DNA from: Octopus vulgaris | Lineage: Eukaryota | Reading direction: 5' to 3' | Assembly: GCA_951406725.2 (NCBI GenBank) | Contig: OX597843.1 | Coordinates: forward strand, 4,650,001-4,714,000 | DNA length: 64,000 nt | Shown: piece by piece, positions 40,620 to 55,465 of the stretch | Layout of the letters: every line of letters begins with the position of its first letter | Numbering within the stretch: the first letter of the stretch is position 1 | Translations under genes and position numbers: made by a program | Notes under the pieces: model-generated | What the model was told of the DNA's origin: nothing | What the model saw: the letters and a program-made list of their open reading frames with translations, nothing else | The model's database searches: none

Positions 40620-41954
40620 CAATTAAGAAAATGGAGGGGATCAATAGGTGGTTCATCATCTTTTGGATATTAAAATGTTAACTTATTTATTTAATAAACT
40701 GATAAATCTAATAACATACATACATATAGCATATTATTCTTTACGTATAAGATATAGAATATAGTAATATATAAGGATACCAGTAATTATTATAAAAAAC
40801 ATGAATACACACACACTCACACACTCGAAGGGCTTCTTTCAGTTTCCGTTGACCAAATCCACTCACAAGACTTTGGTCAACCTGAGGTCATAGTAGAAGA
40901 CTTTTGCCCAAGGTGCCACAAAATGGGGCTGAACACGGAACCGGTTCGGAAGCAAAACCTTTTACAATAAACCCATAACTGCACCTATATGTGTGTATGT
41001 GTGTGTCTGTGCTAACTGACTTACTAAATCTCATAAAAGTACCTAGTTGTGGTTGCTGCAAAATCCCAGGGGGTCTTAATTTATTTCTTACAAATCTCTC
41101 CCACCTCAGTACTTTCTCTCGCACACTCCCCAGAGTACACACACCCCAGTTTGACTTGCAGATGTACTTTTATTGAGGAAAGTACCTTACCGAAGTCGGA
41201 AGCTGTAGCAGAATGAATCAATCTGCAGTCACCTGGCTGATGCTTGTCACTCAAAACAGTGCAGTGTGACATAGATGTTGCGTCGCATAGTGTGACATGA
41301 CAGCTACGTCGCAGAGTGTGACATATATGTGGTGTCGTGCACGATGACATAACTGCCGTGTTGCACAACCATTTGCTACTGAAAACCAGAAGCAAACAGG
41401 GGTGGCTTTTAATGAGATGGAGATCAACTGACAGAACGGTGCTAGGCACTATCTAGGTGTGAACATGCGTAAATAAATATATGTATATACACATGCATAT
41501 ACATACATAGATATATATATCTCCATACACACACATGCATATACATATATATATCCATACACACATGACATGCATATATATATATATATATACACACACA
41601 TACACAAATTCACGTGTATATCTGTATATATATATGTAAGTACATGTCTATATGTTTGTTTGTGTATATGCATATATGAATATACATATATCTGTATGTA
41701 TGTATATGTGTGCATATAAACATACATTTATATATATATATATATATATATACACATACATGAAAATATATACGTGCATATATATATATATATATATATT
41801 TACATAACATAACATACATACATATATATATATACATATATATAAATATCTGCATAATAAACTACACTGATATATATATATATATATGTATGTATGTGTG
41901 TGTGTGTGTGTGTGTGCATAAGCTTGAACACACACATATATATATGTTACATGT

Positions 41955-41995
<41 letters not shown>

Positions 41996-42352
41996 GAGAG
42001 ACTGATAGCATGATTCACCATCAACAGCCTTAAACCCCCCCTCCACAACAACTCCCCCCCCCGTTTACTGCTTTGTGACCACGCCCACCCACCCACCTCC
42101 CCACCACCACCAGCACTCTTCCTCAGCCTATTAATCACATCACGCCACTACTGTCACTTTCCACCTCTGCCAGACACACCCACAAGGAAACCATGGCGAT
42201 AAAGATGGTGCCACCGCCGCCGACGATGGTGGTGGTGGTGGTGGTGGTGGTGGTGGCAGTAATTGAGTACCACATGCATATGTGTGTCTGTGTATATATA
42301 TATGTGTGTGTGTGTGTATATATATATGTGTGTGTATATATATGTGTGTGTG

Positions 42353-42402
<50 letters not shown>

Positions 42403-42578
42403 CGTGTGTGTATATATATATGTGTGTGTATACATATATGTGTGTGTGTGTGTATACATATATATATGTGTGTGTGTGTATACATATAAGTGTGTGTATA
42501 TACATATATGTGTGTATGTATATATATGTGTGTGTGTGTGTATGTGTATATATATATATGTGTGTGCATGTGTATGTG

Positions 42579-42629
<51 letters not shown>

Positions 42630-42690
42630 GTATGTATACATACACACACACACACACTGGAGAAGATAACATGTGCACATAATTATATAC

Positions 42691-42723
<33 letters not shown>

Positions 42724-42844
42724 CACACACATACATACATGTATGTGTGAGTATATATCAAAGTTTTGCATATATGTATATATACACAGATTTTATATAT
42801 ATATATAAGAGAGAGAAAGTGAAAAACAAGTTTGTGAAATACCT

Positions 42845-42879
<35 letters not shown>

Positions 42880-44298
42880 CATTACTTGTGTGTAACATAT
42901 ACACCAGCGCACATGGCAGTATTCTACATAGGTTCACGCAAGCCATCCGTAGGTACATGCCTTTAATATGGTGCTAAATACCATTATAGAGACGGAGGGA
43001 TGATCGTAGCGGGAATGCCATACATTAGCAGAATGCTCAATTAGGGTCAATATGGGTGTCAATGCACTAGCACTATACACACACACATACACACGTGCAT
43101 GTGTGTGTATATATATGCACACATATATGCAAATACAAACACACACACACATATATATATAGACATATGTATATACAAATACATAAACACATGTATACAT
43201 ACATAAATATACACACACACATATATACACATACATATACACACACATACATATATACACACACATACATATAAACACACACATGTATATACACATACAC
43301 ACACATACATATATACACACACATACATATAAACACACACATGTATATACACATACACATATTCATATATACACATACATATATATATACATACACACAT
43401 ACATATATACACATACATATATATATACATACACACATACATATATACACATACATATATATATACATACACATACATATATACACACATACATACATAT
43501 ATACACACATACATACACACATACATATATATACACATACACATATTCATATATACACACATACATATATTCATATATACACACATACATACATATATAT
43601 ATATATAAACACACATATATACACACACACATTGACACATACATGTACATACACATACACACATAGGTAGGAGGGCTTCGAAAGGGGTCTCAGGGAGTAG
43701 AGTCCCTGCCCTCCTGAGCTAGTTTTCCACTACATTTCTTAAAAATCATGGTAGAATCCTTTGTCTCGGTACCACTCATGTCTAGAAACTGAGGTTGGGG
43801 GGGGGGGTAAGCAAGGGCATGCCCCCATTAGAAAATCCAGCTCCATAAAAGCCCCATGATAGCAAAGAAGAATGAACACCAGCCAGGACAAAGGTTGGGG
43901 TGGGCTGCACCTGACTACCCCGGTTGCTATGGCATTGGCGCAGATCCGGCCACTCTCCGTTGACGGGGACAAAACCCGGATTTAAAACACTCAATGATGA
44001 CATATATATATATATATATACACTCGTACACACACACACACATATATATACACACACACACACACATATATATACACACACATATACATGTATGCATGCA
44101 TAGACACACTAATACATTCCACACACACACATACCAAATGTCATCTCCACCCCACGAACTGCCCCCACCCCACCCCACCCCTCCCAACAACTCCCGGCAG
44201 GAATTTATCCATAATGATATGAAGTTCACTAAGTGATTATTTTTGCCAACGCAGACCAAAGCTGGCTTCCCTGGAATCTAGGACTTTATAATGGCATG

Positions 44299-44336
<38 letters not shown>

Positions 44337-44549
44337 TGTGTATATATGCATATATAAGGCGTTCAGAAAGTCTCTCCGCTGTAAGTATTTTGTTGCAAAG
44401 TATATATTTGTAAGATGGTATAAGACTACAAAAGAATTTATTAGACTTTACAAAACCTTAACAAACTTTTTTAAGAGGTATAGAAAGTGTCGATCTTAAT
44501 TTTCAATACATAAGTTGATCCTTCTACACATGTTATGAAATACATAAGT

Positions 44550-45245
44550 AATAATAATGAAATTATTGTATACAGTGCTCAGGTGCACCACAACTTGTCA
44601 GAAAGTGCATATAAAGTACATGCAGTAATGTAGAAATGTCTGGAAAGTGAACATGCTTGTGTGTGTATGGAGGGAGAAGATCAGGTGTAGTGTTGGCGAA
44701 TCTCAGGAAACATGGAAGTTTTGAAGGATGCAGTGCTCCGACAACTAACAACTGATGCCGGCAGTTTGTTCCATGCTTCAGCGTGTGTATGGAGGGGAGA
44801 AAATCAAGTTTAGTGTTGGCGAATCTCTGGAAGCATGGAAGTCTTGAAGGATGCAGTGCTCCGACAACTAACAACCGATGCCGGCAGTTTGTTCCGTGCT
44901 TCAGCGTGTGTATGGAGGGGAGAAGATCAGGTGTAGTGTTGGCGAATCTCAGAAAGCATGGAAGTTTTGAAGGATGCAGTGCTCCGACAACTAACAACTG
45001 ATGCCGGCAGTTTGTTCCATGCTTCAGCGTGTGTATGGAGGGAAGAAAATCAGGTGTAGTGTTGGCGAATCTCAGGAAGCATGGAAGTTTTGAAGGATGC
45101 AGTGCTCCGACAACTAACAACCGATGCCGGCAGTTTGTTCCACGCTTCAGCAACTCTCAGCGTGAAAAAATGTTTCCTGAAGTCATGGGAGCTGTGCTGT
45201 TTTCTTACTTTGAGAGTCTGACATGGTATTGGCTGTGTGAAGGTT
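44550..45245 (-). mobile_element. CR1/L2-type LINE 3' end with a 123-bp segment repeated 4 times
   Basis: Minus-strand peptide RKHFFTLRVAEAWNKLPASVVSCRSTASFK (CR1 ORF2 C-terminal motif) and an (ATT)-type tail near 44550. Confidence 0.75.
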
Positions 45246-45503
45246 GTGAAAAAATTCACTGTGGAGGGACTTTATACAGAATGTTCAAAAAGTCTCTCCG
45301 CAGTGAATTTTTTTCACAGACTTCACACAGTCAATACCACGTCAGACTCTTCAAGATGTATTTCAAAACATATGTAGAAGAGTCAACTTAAGTATTGAAA
45401 ATTAAGATAAACACTTTCAACACCTCTTATAAAAGTTTTTCAAAGTCTTGTAAAGTCTAATAAATTCTTATAACAAAGGGTATAAACATGTGAATGCATG
45501 TGT

Positions 45504-45545
<42 letters not shown>

Positions 45546-45789
45546 CTTTATTACCCACAAGGGGCTAAACACAGAAGGGACTGACAAGGACAGACAAACG
45601 GATTAAGCCGATTACATCGACCCGAGTGCGAAACTGGTTCTTTATTTATCGACCCCGAAAGGATTAAAGGCAAAGTCGACCTCGGCGGAATTTGAACCCA
45701 GAACGTAACGACAGACGAAATACCGCTAAGCATTTCGCCCGGCTAGCTAACGTTTCTGCCAGTTCACCACCTTATATATATATATATAT

Positions 45790-46002
45790 ATTCAAAATGT
45801 GACCTCGTGTGTACCGTTGGTGATTTTTTTCCCTCTGTCTTCCCTTCTCTGGATCTTTCCTTCTCCTATGTTTCCAACGAAGAGCTCCGCTCGAAACGTT
45901 AAACCCTCCTTCTTCCCTTCTTTCCTGAGCGTCCAATAATTCTATATTTGTTCCACGTCCTCGCGTTCTTGTGTTTTTTTGTGCTTTCTTGTTTGGATTA
46001 AC
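45790..46002 (+). mobile_element. Short dispersed repeat carrying a minimal hammerhead-like fold (Penelope-like terminal-repeat derivative); inverted copy at 22275-22482
   Basis: Near-identical reverse complement of 22275-22482. Contains GTTT-CC(A/G)ACGA-A-GAGC-tcc-GCTC-GAAA-CG-TT-AAAC (45870-45904). Confidence 0.55.
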
Positions 46003-46428
46003 TTTATATATATATATAAATTACAAAATGGGACAAGATTCTATAAAGTTTCAAGTTAAACGGGGGCAAAAATGCTAACTGAAACTTATGAAATACTCCA
46101 CACTGGTCATGGATTAACTTTTTCTTTGACAGAAGAGATTCAAGGGAGGTAGAGAGGAGGTGAGAGACGATGAGCGATGTGGGAGGGAGAGAAACTGAGA
46201 AAATGGTTGAGAAAATTCACAATTTCTTATATGAGGGTGCCTATAAAAACAATAAGCACATGGTTTGGCGTTGTTGTAGTAACTGTACGCAGAATTATTT
46301 ATGAAGATCTGAATATGTGCAAAATCTGTGCAAAGTTTGTTGCCCGGATACTTGGTGCATCCTGGTAACTAACTGCTTGACAGAGATGGGCATTGAAAGT
46401 TTCCCCTCAGCCTCCCTACAATCTAGAC

Positions 46429-47475
46429 CAGGGGTGGGCGAACTTTTTTGATTGCGGGCCGCACAGTGCGTCTTTGGAACCTTGGCGGGCCTCATTTATA
46501 AAAATCGAGTGAAAATATTTTTAAAGGCGGTTATCTCTCTCTATATAAACGACAGTTTGTCTGTCTGTGTGTCTGTTAGGTTGTACCCTCACCCTGACCA
46601 CGGCTTTCAACCGATTCTGATGAAACTTGACACACACACAGCCCAATGTCATAATTCAAAACTAACGCAGTGAAAATTTTGAAAAGTTCCCCCTAGTTCT
46701 GAAAAAATCGATAAATTCGACATGGGGTCGAGAATCTAAGCTTTTTATATGCAACACATTTTTTGTCTAGGGGACACAACTTGACCTTTTTATCGCCCAA
46801 AGGGACAGCTAGGAACATCGTATACACAGAAGTATTCGAGTGAAGAGAAGACATTGCAACCTACACATGCGCCTTCGTTCCCTAGAGGGAAAGAACTAGA
46901 TTGGGATTAGTCGTTGCCTACTAGGGGCTCTTACATACCCGGGCAACGCCGGGCTATGCTGCTAGTAGACCTATAAACACACAATTGATTGAAAGGAAAT
47001 TTTGTGAAATATTCCTGGTTTAAGTGATTTAATTTATTTTTTAGAGTATCGGGTTCATGTTTTTCGGTTATTTGCTCCTATAGTTGAAATTATTACAGGA
47101 ACCTCGGTTATTTTGGACAGCCTGTTATTGCTTACAAATTGCCAGGAACGGAATTTTCCTAGTAAAATCTGCACTAATTGTGGACAACCACCTCTTAATA
47201 TTATGGACAACCATATCTTCACCCGGAAATGTGTTTTATTATGATGTCATGGGAATATTTCTCGAAATTTTTCATCGCTTCACAGTAGCTGAAACAAACA
47301 AGCAGCGGACAATTTTGTGAAGGCGCAAAACAGTGAACTGAAATAAAATGCAAACTATTGTTAATTACCATACAACTGAAACAGTTACGAAGTATCTGCA
47401 TAGAAGTTGGGATTCATAAAAGCTCTCGGCGGGCCACATGAAAACCTATGGTGGGCCGCATGCAGCCCACCCCTG
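46429..47475. mobile_element. hAT (Charlie-like) non-autonomous transposon
   Basis: 11-bp TIRs CAGGGGTGGGC/GCCCACCCCTG, subterminal GCGGGCC motifs, and a perfect 8-bp TSD ATCTAGAC (46421-46428, 47476-47483). Confidence 0.9.
46534..46965 (+). mobile_element. Non-autonomous Helitron nested in a hAT MITE
   Basis: A|TCTCTC start and CCCGGGCAACGCCGGG hairpin, ending CTAG|T. Confidence 0.8.
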
Positions 47476-47691
47476 ATCTAGACCCTTGCTCCCTGAGACT
47501 TAGGACTTTCGGTTGTTCACCCAAGCTGAAGGAGAACCTCGGGGGCAGTAGTTTTCAAGATGAAGGAGGAGGTTGTGATGAGGGTCCGGGATACTTTTCC
47601 TTTGAAGGACCTCTGTGGGGGCCTTCATGAAGTAGCTACTTACATAGAAGAGAGAGAGAGAGAGAGAGAGAATGAATTAGAGGCATCTCTG

Positions 47692-47910
47692 AGGAGATGG
47701 ACAGAGGTGGGGAGATGGACAGAAGTGGGGAGATGGACAGTGGTGAGGGGGTTGACAGAGGTGAGGGGGTGGACAGAGGTGAGGGGGTGGACAGAGGTGG
47801 GGAGATGGACAGAGGTGGGGAGATGGACAGAGGTGGCGAGATGGACAGAGGTGGGGAGATGGACAGAGGTGGGGAGATGGACAGAGGTGAGGGGGTGGAC
47901 AGTGGTGGGG
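47692..47910. repeat. 18-bp G-rich minisatellite
   Basis: (gagatggacagaggtggg)n with variants, about 12 units. Confidence 0.9.
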
Positions 47911-48644
47911 AGCTGTCCAGATGGCAACTCAGTTAGCAGGGGTAGTAGTGGGTGGGAGGGGGAGGGTGTGGAAGAGTAGGGGGAAGAGAGAGGGAAAATG
48001 AGAGAGGGAGGTAGGTAATATCTGTAAAGAAAAGGGGGGGTGGGGGTACAAGAGTTGAGGCTACAGAGAGGCAAGCATATATGAGAGAGAGAGAGTTCCG
48101 GTTGCTAGGAATGTGTTTTAACATGTAAACAGGTATTTCCAATAATGTTACACCTCTAAACTAAGTGGCTATTTAAGCAGTGAGTTTGAGGATGGTTAAT
48201 GGGTTGGATGGGTACTGATGAAAGTGCAATAACACTCGAAATATGTATACACACCCATCAACTATTTTGCTATCTTCAATCACACTGTTTACATAGATGG
48301 ATTCACATGCAAATCACAGCTTTCAATGGTGGCTCTGAATTCTATAGAAAACTGGCAGAGATGAACTTGAAAATGAAAACACTGCTTTGCTAGCACTAAA
48401 GTGAGGCACAGATTGATTTGTAAACCTTTAATGTACTTCATACTAAATTATGGTTGCAAAACAAAATACTGTATCCTTGCTCACAATTGGAGTGGCTGTG
48501 TGGTAAGTAGATTGCTTACGAACCACATGGTTCCGGGTTCAGTCCCACTGCGTGGCACTTTGGGTAAGTGTCTTCTACTATAGCCTCAGGCCGACCAAAG
48601 CCTTGTAATTGGATTTGGTAGACGGAAACTGAAAGAAGCCCCTC

Positions 48645-48682
<38 letters not shown>

Positions 48683-49351
48683 ATGTGTTTGTGTGTCTGT
48701 GTTTGTATCCCCAACATTGCTTGACAGCCGATGCTGGTGTATTTACATCCCTGTAACTTAGCGGATCAGAAAAAGAGACTGATAGAATAAGTACAAGGCT
48801 TACAAGGAATAAGTCCTGGGGTTGATTTGCTCAACTAAAGGCAGTGCTCCTGCATGGCCACAGTCAAATGACTGAAACAAGTAAAAGAGTAAAAAAGTAT
48901 ATATATATATATACATACACACACAGCAGGTTTCCTTCAGTTTCTATCTACATATACACACACACACACAGATGGGGAGAAAGAGACAATGATGCAAATA
49001 AACATGCTTGGCATTGATGTACAAATGATTAGGTTGAGAAACGCTCTTATAGATTATATATACATAGGCGCAGTGGTAAGTAGCTTGCTTACCAACCACA
49101 TGGTTCCGGGTTCATTCCCACTGTGTAGCATCTTCGACAAATATCTTTTACGACAGCCTCGTACCAACCAAAGCCTTGTGAGTGGATTTGGTAGGCGGAA
49201 ACTGAAAGAAGCCCGTCTTCTAAACAGACAGATGTGTGTGTGTGTGAGAGAGTTTGTGTGAGTGTGTGTGTGAGTGTTTGTGTGAGTGTTTGTGTGAGTG
49301 TGTGTTTGTGTGAGTGTGTGTGTGTGTGTGTGTGTGAGTGTTTGTGTGAGT

Positions 49352-49396
<45 letters not shown>

Positions 49397-50827
49397 TGTG
49401 TGTGTGTGAGTGTGTGTGTGAGTGTGTGTGTGAGTGTGTGTGTGTGTGAGTGTGTGTCTGTGAGTGTGTGTCTGTGAGTGTGTGTCTGTGAGTGTGTGTC
49501 TGTGAGTGTGTGTTTGTGTGTGTGTGTGTGAGTGAGTGTTTGTGTGAGTGTGTGTGTGTTTGAGTGTGTGTGTGCGTAGGAGTGTGTACGCCTTTGTGTT
49601 TCTCCCCTCACCCCCACCCATCGCTTGACAATCGGTGTTGCTGTGTTTACGTCCGGACTGAAACAAGTAAAAAATACGTACATACATACAGAAATTCACG
49701 CCTATACACACACACACGTACATAAATACAAACACGTATACGCTTACACATACGTAGACAGACATTCGCACACACATATACATACATAGAAACGTACATC
49801 TGTACATACACACCCTTATATATGCACAATAGAATTAGGAGGAGAGCAGAGATTGTGCCGTTTGCAGGGTGCGAAACGGGTGGGACTGACTGACAAAGAG
49901 AAAGTTGTCATTGAACGGACATGGCCCGAGGCTTTAGGCAGACTGAATGGGGTGGCGTCAGATCGGGTGACACACACATACACACCCTCCCACATATAGA
50001 AATACACAAATATACACACAGATACAAGTACAGACGGACACACACACACATATATACACACAAATACAGATATATATATCAAATAGAGATATACACATAG
50101 ATATATATACACACAAATACAGATATATATATACACACAGATATATACACACACAAATACAGATATACACACACACAAATATAGATATACACACACACAA
50201 ATATAGATATACACACACAAATATAGATATACACATACAGATATATATATATATACAGATATACACACACACAAATACAGATATACACATATACAGATAT
50301 ACACACACACAAATACAGATATACACATATACAGATATACACACACACAAATACAGATATACACATATACAGATATACACACACACAAATACAGATATAC
50401 ACATACAGGTATATATATATACAGATATATAGACACACAAATACAGATATACACATACAGGTATATATATACAGATATATACACACACAAATACAGACAT
50501 ACAGATATATATACACAGATATATACACACACAAATACAGACATACAGATATATATACACACAGATACAGACATACAGATATATATACACACAGATACAG
50601 ATATATATACACACACAAATAAATACAGACATACACACGCACACACACAAATACAGATGTACACACACGGAAATACAAATACACACACACGCACATAGTC
50701 ACACATATATACACGCAAAACATAATCTATATACAAGTGTGCGTGTGTTTGTGTGTGTGTACAAAGAGAGAGAGAGAGAGATGTTCATGTCGACACAGAC
50801 TATATACGTACGTGCGTACATATATAC

Positions 50828-50860
<33 letters not shown>

Positions 50861-50969
50861 AATCATACGCACGTATATGTAGCATAGTTCTAGAAGTATA
50901 TAAAACAAGCGATGCTATAAAAAAAGTCCCGGCACGATGCGACATTTACAACTTAAACAACAACACACA

Positions 50970-50970
50970 C

Positions 50971-51020
<50 letters not shown>

Positions 51021-51027
51021 ATGTATG

Positions 51028-51087
<60 letters not shown>

Positions 51088-51177
51088 GGGGTGTGTATAA
51101 GGCAGAGTTTGGTCTACTTTGGGTGAGATTTTTAATTAACGACTGTCGATGACACATACACAGATGTGTGTGTATAC

Positions 51178-51234
<57 letters not shown>

Positions 51235-51324
51235 ACACAAATATAGTGATGTGTATAAAGATATAGATGAATAATATAGAGACGCATATACATAAATACA
51301 TATATGTATAGAGGAGTGTGTATG

Positions 51325-51357
<33 letters not shown>

Positions 51358-51418
51358 ATACTTATATGTGTACGTATATATATATATGTGTGTGTCTGTA
51401 TACTTATATATGTGTATG

Positions 51419-51462
<44 letters not shown>

Positions 51463-51552
51463 GGGGTGTGTATAAGGCAGAGTTTGGTCTACTTTGGGTG
51501 AGATTTTTAATTAACGACTGTCGATGACACATACACAGATGTGTGTGTATAC

Positions 51553-51607
<55 letters not shown>

Positions 51608-51697
51608 ACACAAATATAGTGATGTGTATAAAGATATAGATGAATAATATAGAGACGCATATACATAAATACATATATGTATAGAGGAGTGTGTATG

Positions 51698-51730
<33 letters not shown>

Positions 51731-51830
51731 ATACTTATATGTGTACGTATATATATATATGTGTGTGTCTGTATACTTATATATGTGTATGTATATATAT
51801 ATATATGTGTGTGTGTGTGTATACTTATAT
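50970..51830. repeat. Direct duplication of about 375 bp embedded in microsatellite DNA
   Basis: Unique core gggggtgtgtataaggcagagtttggtctactttgggtgag..gtcgatgacac at about 51087 and 51462. Confidence 0.85.
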
Positions 51831-52062
51831 ATGTGTGTGTGTGTGTATAATTTATATGTGTATATATATATATATATATATGTATATATACGTTCATACT
51901 TCAGGCATACATGTATATATAGACACAAAGGCACTCATATAAATGCGTGTGTGTGTGTGTGAAAATGTGCGCGTATATAAAGAGAAAGAAAGAAAATTTA
52001 AGATGAATAAACAAGGATAAAAGTATACGCAAAAGTATGTGTGAGTGTATACACACACACAC

Positions 52063-52117
<55 letters not shown>

Positions 52118-52157
52118 GAATCAGATACTGACGTAGATGTTTAGAGACGTGTGTGTG

Positions 52158-52195
<38 letters not shown>

Positions 52196-52268
52196 ATATA
52201 TATATATATGTGTGTGTGTGTGTGTATGTGTGTGTGGATATATATATACACACGAAACAAAGTGTGTG

Positions 52269-52299
<31 letters not shown>

Positions 52300-52319
52300 G
52301 TAGATGAATGTATATATGC

Positions 52320-52368
<49 letters not shown>

Positions 52369-52505
52369 GAAACTGAATGGTAGTTGATATATGCCATAAA
52401 GTAAGTAAGCTGTGAGTGTGTGTGTATATAAAAGATGGTTTAGTTTTTTGGGAAGGAGGGAGACCGGCATGGATAATGGTGAAGGATTCCAAGAGAGACG
52501 AATAG

Positions 52506-52540
<35 letters not shown>

Positions 52541-53109
52541 CTTGCATGTGTGTGTATGTATGTATGTATGTGTGTGTGCATAGATATGCGTGTCTGTATG
52601 TATGTATGTATGTATGTATATGATGTATGTATGTATGTATGTATGTATGTATGTATATGTATGTATATATGTATGTATGTATATGTATGTATGTATGTAT
52701 ATGTATGTGTGTGTGCATAGATATGCGTGTCTGTACGTATATATGTGTATACATGCATGTGCGTATATATATATTCATATATGGGCGTGTGCGTATATAT
52801 GCGAGTGTGTGTGTATGTTTGTATATATGCGTGTATGTAGTAAGGTAAGTACGTATGGGTGCGTGTATATATGTGTATGTATGTATGTATAAGGACGTGT
52901 GTGTCTAGACATAAACATATATGCAAGGATGTGTATATATATATACGCATACAATTATATTAGTATATAGATATGTGTATATATATGTGCGTGTGTGTGT
53001 GTGTATGTATATATATGTGTGTGTATGTATGTATATATATATATGTGTGTGTGTGTATATATATATATGTGTGTGTATATATGTGTGTATATGTGTGTGT
53101 GTGTGTATG

Positions 53110-53151
<42 letters not shown>

Positions 53152-53569
53152 CATGTACGCATGCATACACATATATATGTGCGTGTATATACTTGTATAC
53201 ACTACGTATTAACACAGATATACGTATACACTCCTATATAAACATACGTATAAATATATACTGTTTCTCTCTCACAGTTAGATATATATAGACAGATATA
53301 CTCTCCTATAAGTATATAACTATATATACATACATGCAGCAAACCCATACATACAGTCATTATATACAGTATTATCATTATATATATATATATATATTCA
53401 CAGCATATAGAATATATACACAACACATACACTATACACGCTATAAACATACATATATATATATATACATACACCCACAGATACCAACCCCATACATACA
53501 CTATATATACACTATATATATAATATACAGTCTATACAATACACCATATACTATATATAATTTATATAC

Positions 53570-53658
53570 ACGATCCTTGGCGTAACAGTTTGACAATTCT
53601 TTGGCCCCCGGCGTATACACACCATATATGACATATAATTTCATATACACAGTAGTAT

Positions 53659-53708
<50 letters not shown>

Positions 53709-55465
53709 TTATCCTTACTGTAGGGGCTGTCAATTCCTTAACATCGGTGTGTTTATATATATATATATATACACACACAAAATGCAAGATTATACATACA
53801 TTGTGGGGGTGTATCAACATTACCCTTAGTGTAAATGCAGGCCAATTTCTCAGCCTATGGCGTGTATACACCATATATATATACATATATACACACACAT
53901 ATACACCATATACAATATACGCATACGATATAATATACAAACACAAGATAATATAAATATATATACACATATACACAGTATGAGATGGTGTATATATGAA
54001 TGTGTCTTATCCTTAATGTAAAGTGCTGGGTAGTTCCTTAGCCCCCCGGCATATATACACCATATATACACAGCATATAGAATATACACATCGTATACTA
54101 AAATACGAGTATATACACAGTTTAATCACAGAGATGTGTATATTTGTTACCCTTAGTGTAAAGTGTTGGGCATTTCTTTAGCCACCGGCGTGTCCAAGCC
54201 ATACATAAGAAAAATACACACACACATATATACATGTATATATATATATATATATACAATATACACACCATATAGAATATATATACATCGTATACAAACA
54301 CAAGCTTATATATAATGCCTATATACACACCGTATAATACATATTTATGTATATACGTTATCCTTACTGTAAAGTCCTGGGTGATCCTTTAGCCCCCGGC
54401 GTGAACTAACCATACATATAAATATGTAATATATATATATATACACACACCAGACAGAATATACACATCGTATACAAACACAAGCTTATATATATATATA
54501 TATACACACCATATAACACATATATATGTATATACGTTATCCTTACTGTAAAGTCCTGGGCGAGCCTTTTGCCCCCCGGCATCTACTAACCCTACATATA
54601 AATATATAATATATATATACAATATACACACCAGATAGAATATACACATCGTATACAAACACAAGCTGATATATAATGCCTATATACACACCGTATAATA
54701 CATATGTATATACGTTATCCTTACTGTAAAGTCCTGGGTAATCCTTTAGGCCCCCCGGCGTGTACTAACCATACATATAAATATATAATATATATATATA
54801 CAATATACACACCAGACAGAATATATACATCGTATACAAACACAAGCTGAAATAGATATATATATATATACACCATATAACACATATATATATATGTATA
54901 TATGCTATCCTTACTGTTAAGTCCTGGGTGATCCTTTTGCCCCCCGGCGTGAACTAACCATACATAAAAATATATAATATATATATATATATATACACAA
55001 TATACACACCAGACAGAATATACACATTGTATACAAACACAAGCTTATATATAATGCCTATATACACACCGTATAATACATATATATATATATATATATG
55101 TTATCCTTACTGTGAAGTCCTGGGCAATCCTTTTGCCCCCCGGCATCTACTAACCATACATATAAATATATATATATACACACCAGACAGAATATACACA
55201 TTGTATACAAACACAAGCTGAAATAGAGATATGTATATACACCATAACACACACACATATATATATATGTATATACGTTATCCTTACTGTAAAGTCCTAG
55301 GCGATCCTTTAGGCCCCCCCGGCATCTACTAACCATACATATAAATATATAATATATATATATATGTGTATATATATACACACCAGACAGAATATACACA
55401 TCGTATACAAACACAAGCTGAAACAGATATATGCACAGAGAATAAATGATGTATATATACGTTAC
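53570..55465 (-). repeat. Tandem array (about 11 units, roughly 110-210 bp period) of decayed copies of the PEDS1 exon 3' end and donor
   Basis: Recurrent + strand motif gtta(t/c)cctta(c/g)tgtaaagt..ggg..cctt..gcccccggc near 53570, 53707, 53819, 54006, 54145, 54356, 54535, 54713, 54903, 55099 and 55276, resembling the real exon end gttacccttggtgtaaaggctggccagttccttggccccggc (55461-55503). Confidence 0.85.

Larger units (their letters stand above)
46040..47640 (+). pseudogene. Degraded, internally deleted mariner transposase interrupted by the hAT MITE
   Basis: Peptide remnants TETYEIL, KRFKGGREEVRDDERCGR and KICAKFVARIL. QPPYNLD|..AP..PKLKENLGGSSF (the YSPDLAP motif region) is split exactly at the TSD. 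Confidence 0.7.

Noticed and set aside
47560-47979. Repeat protein (RWTEVG)n
   Set aside because: Translation of an 18-bp minisatellite fused to mariner debris.
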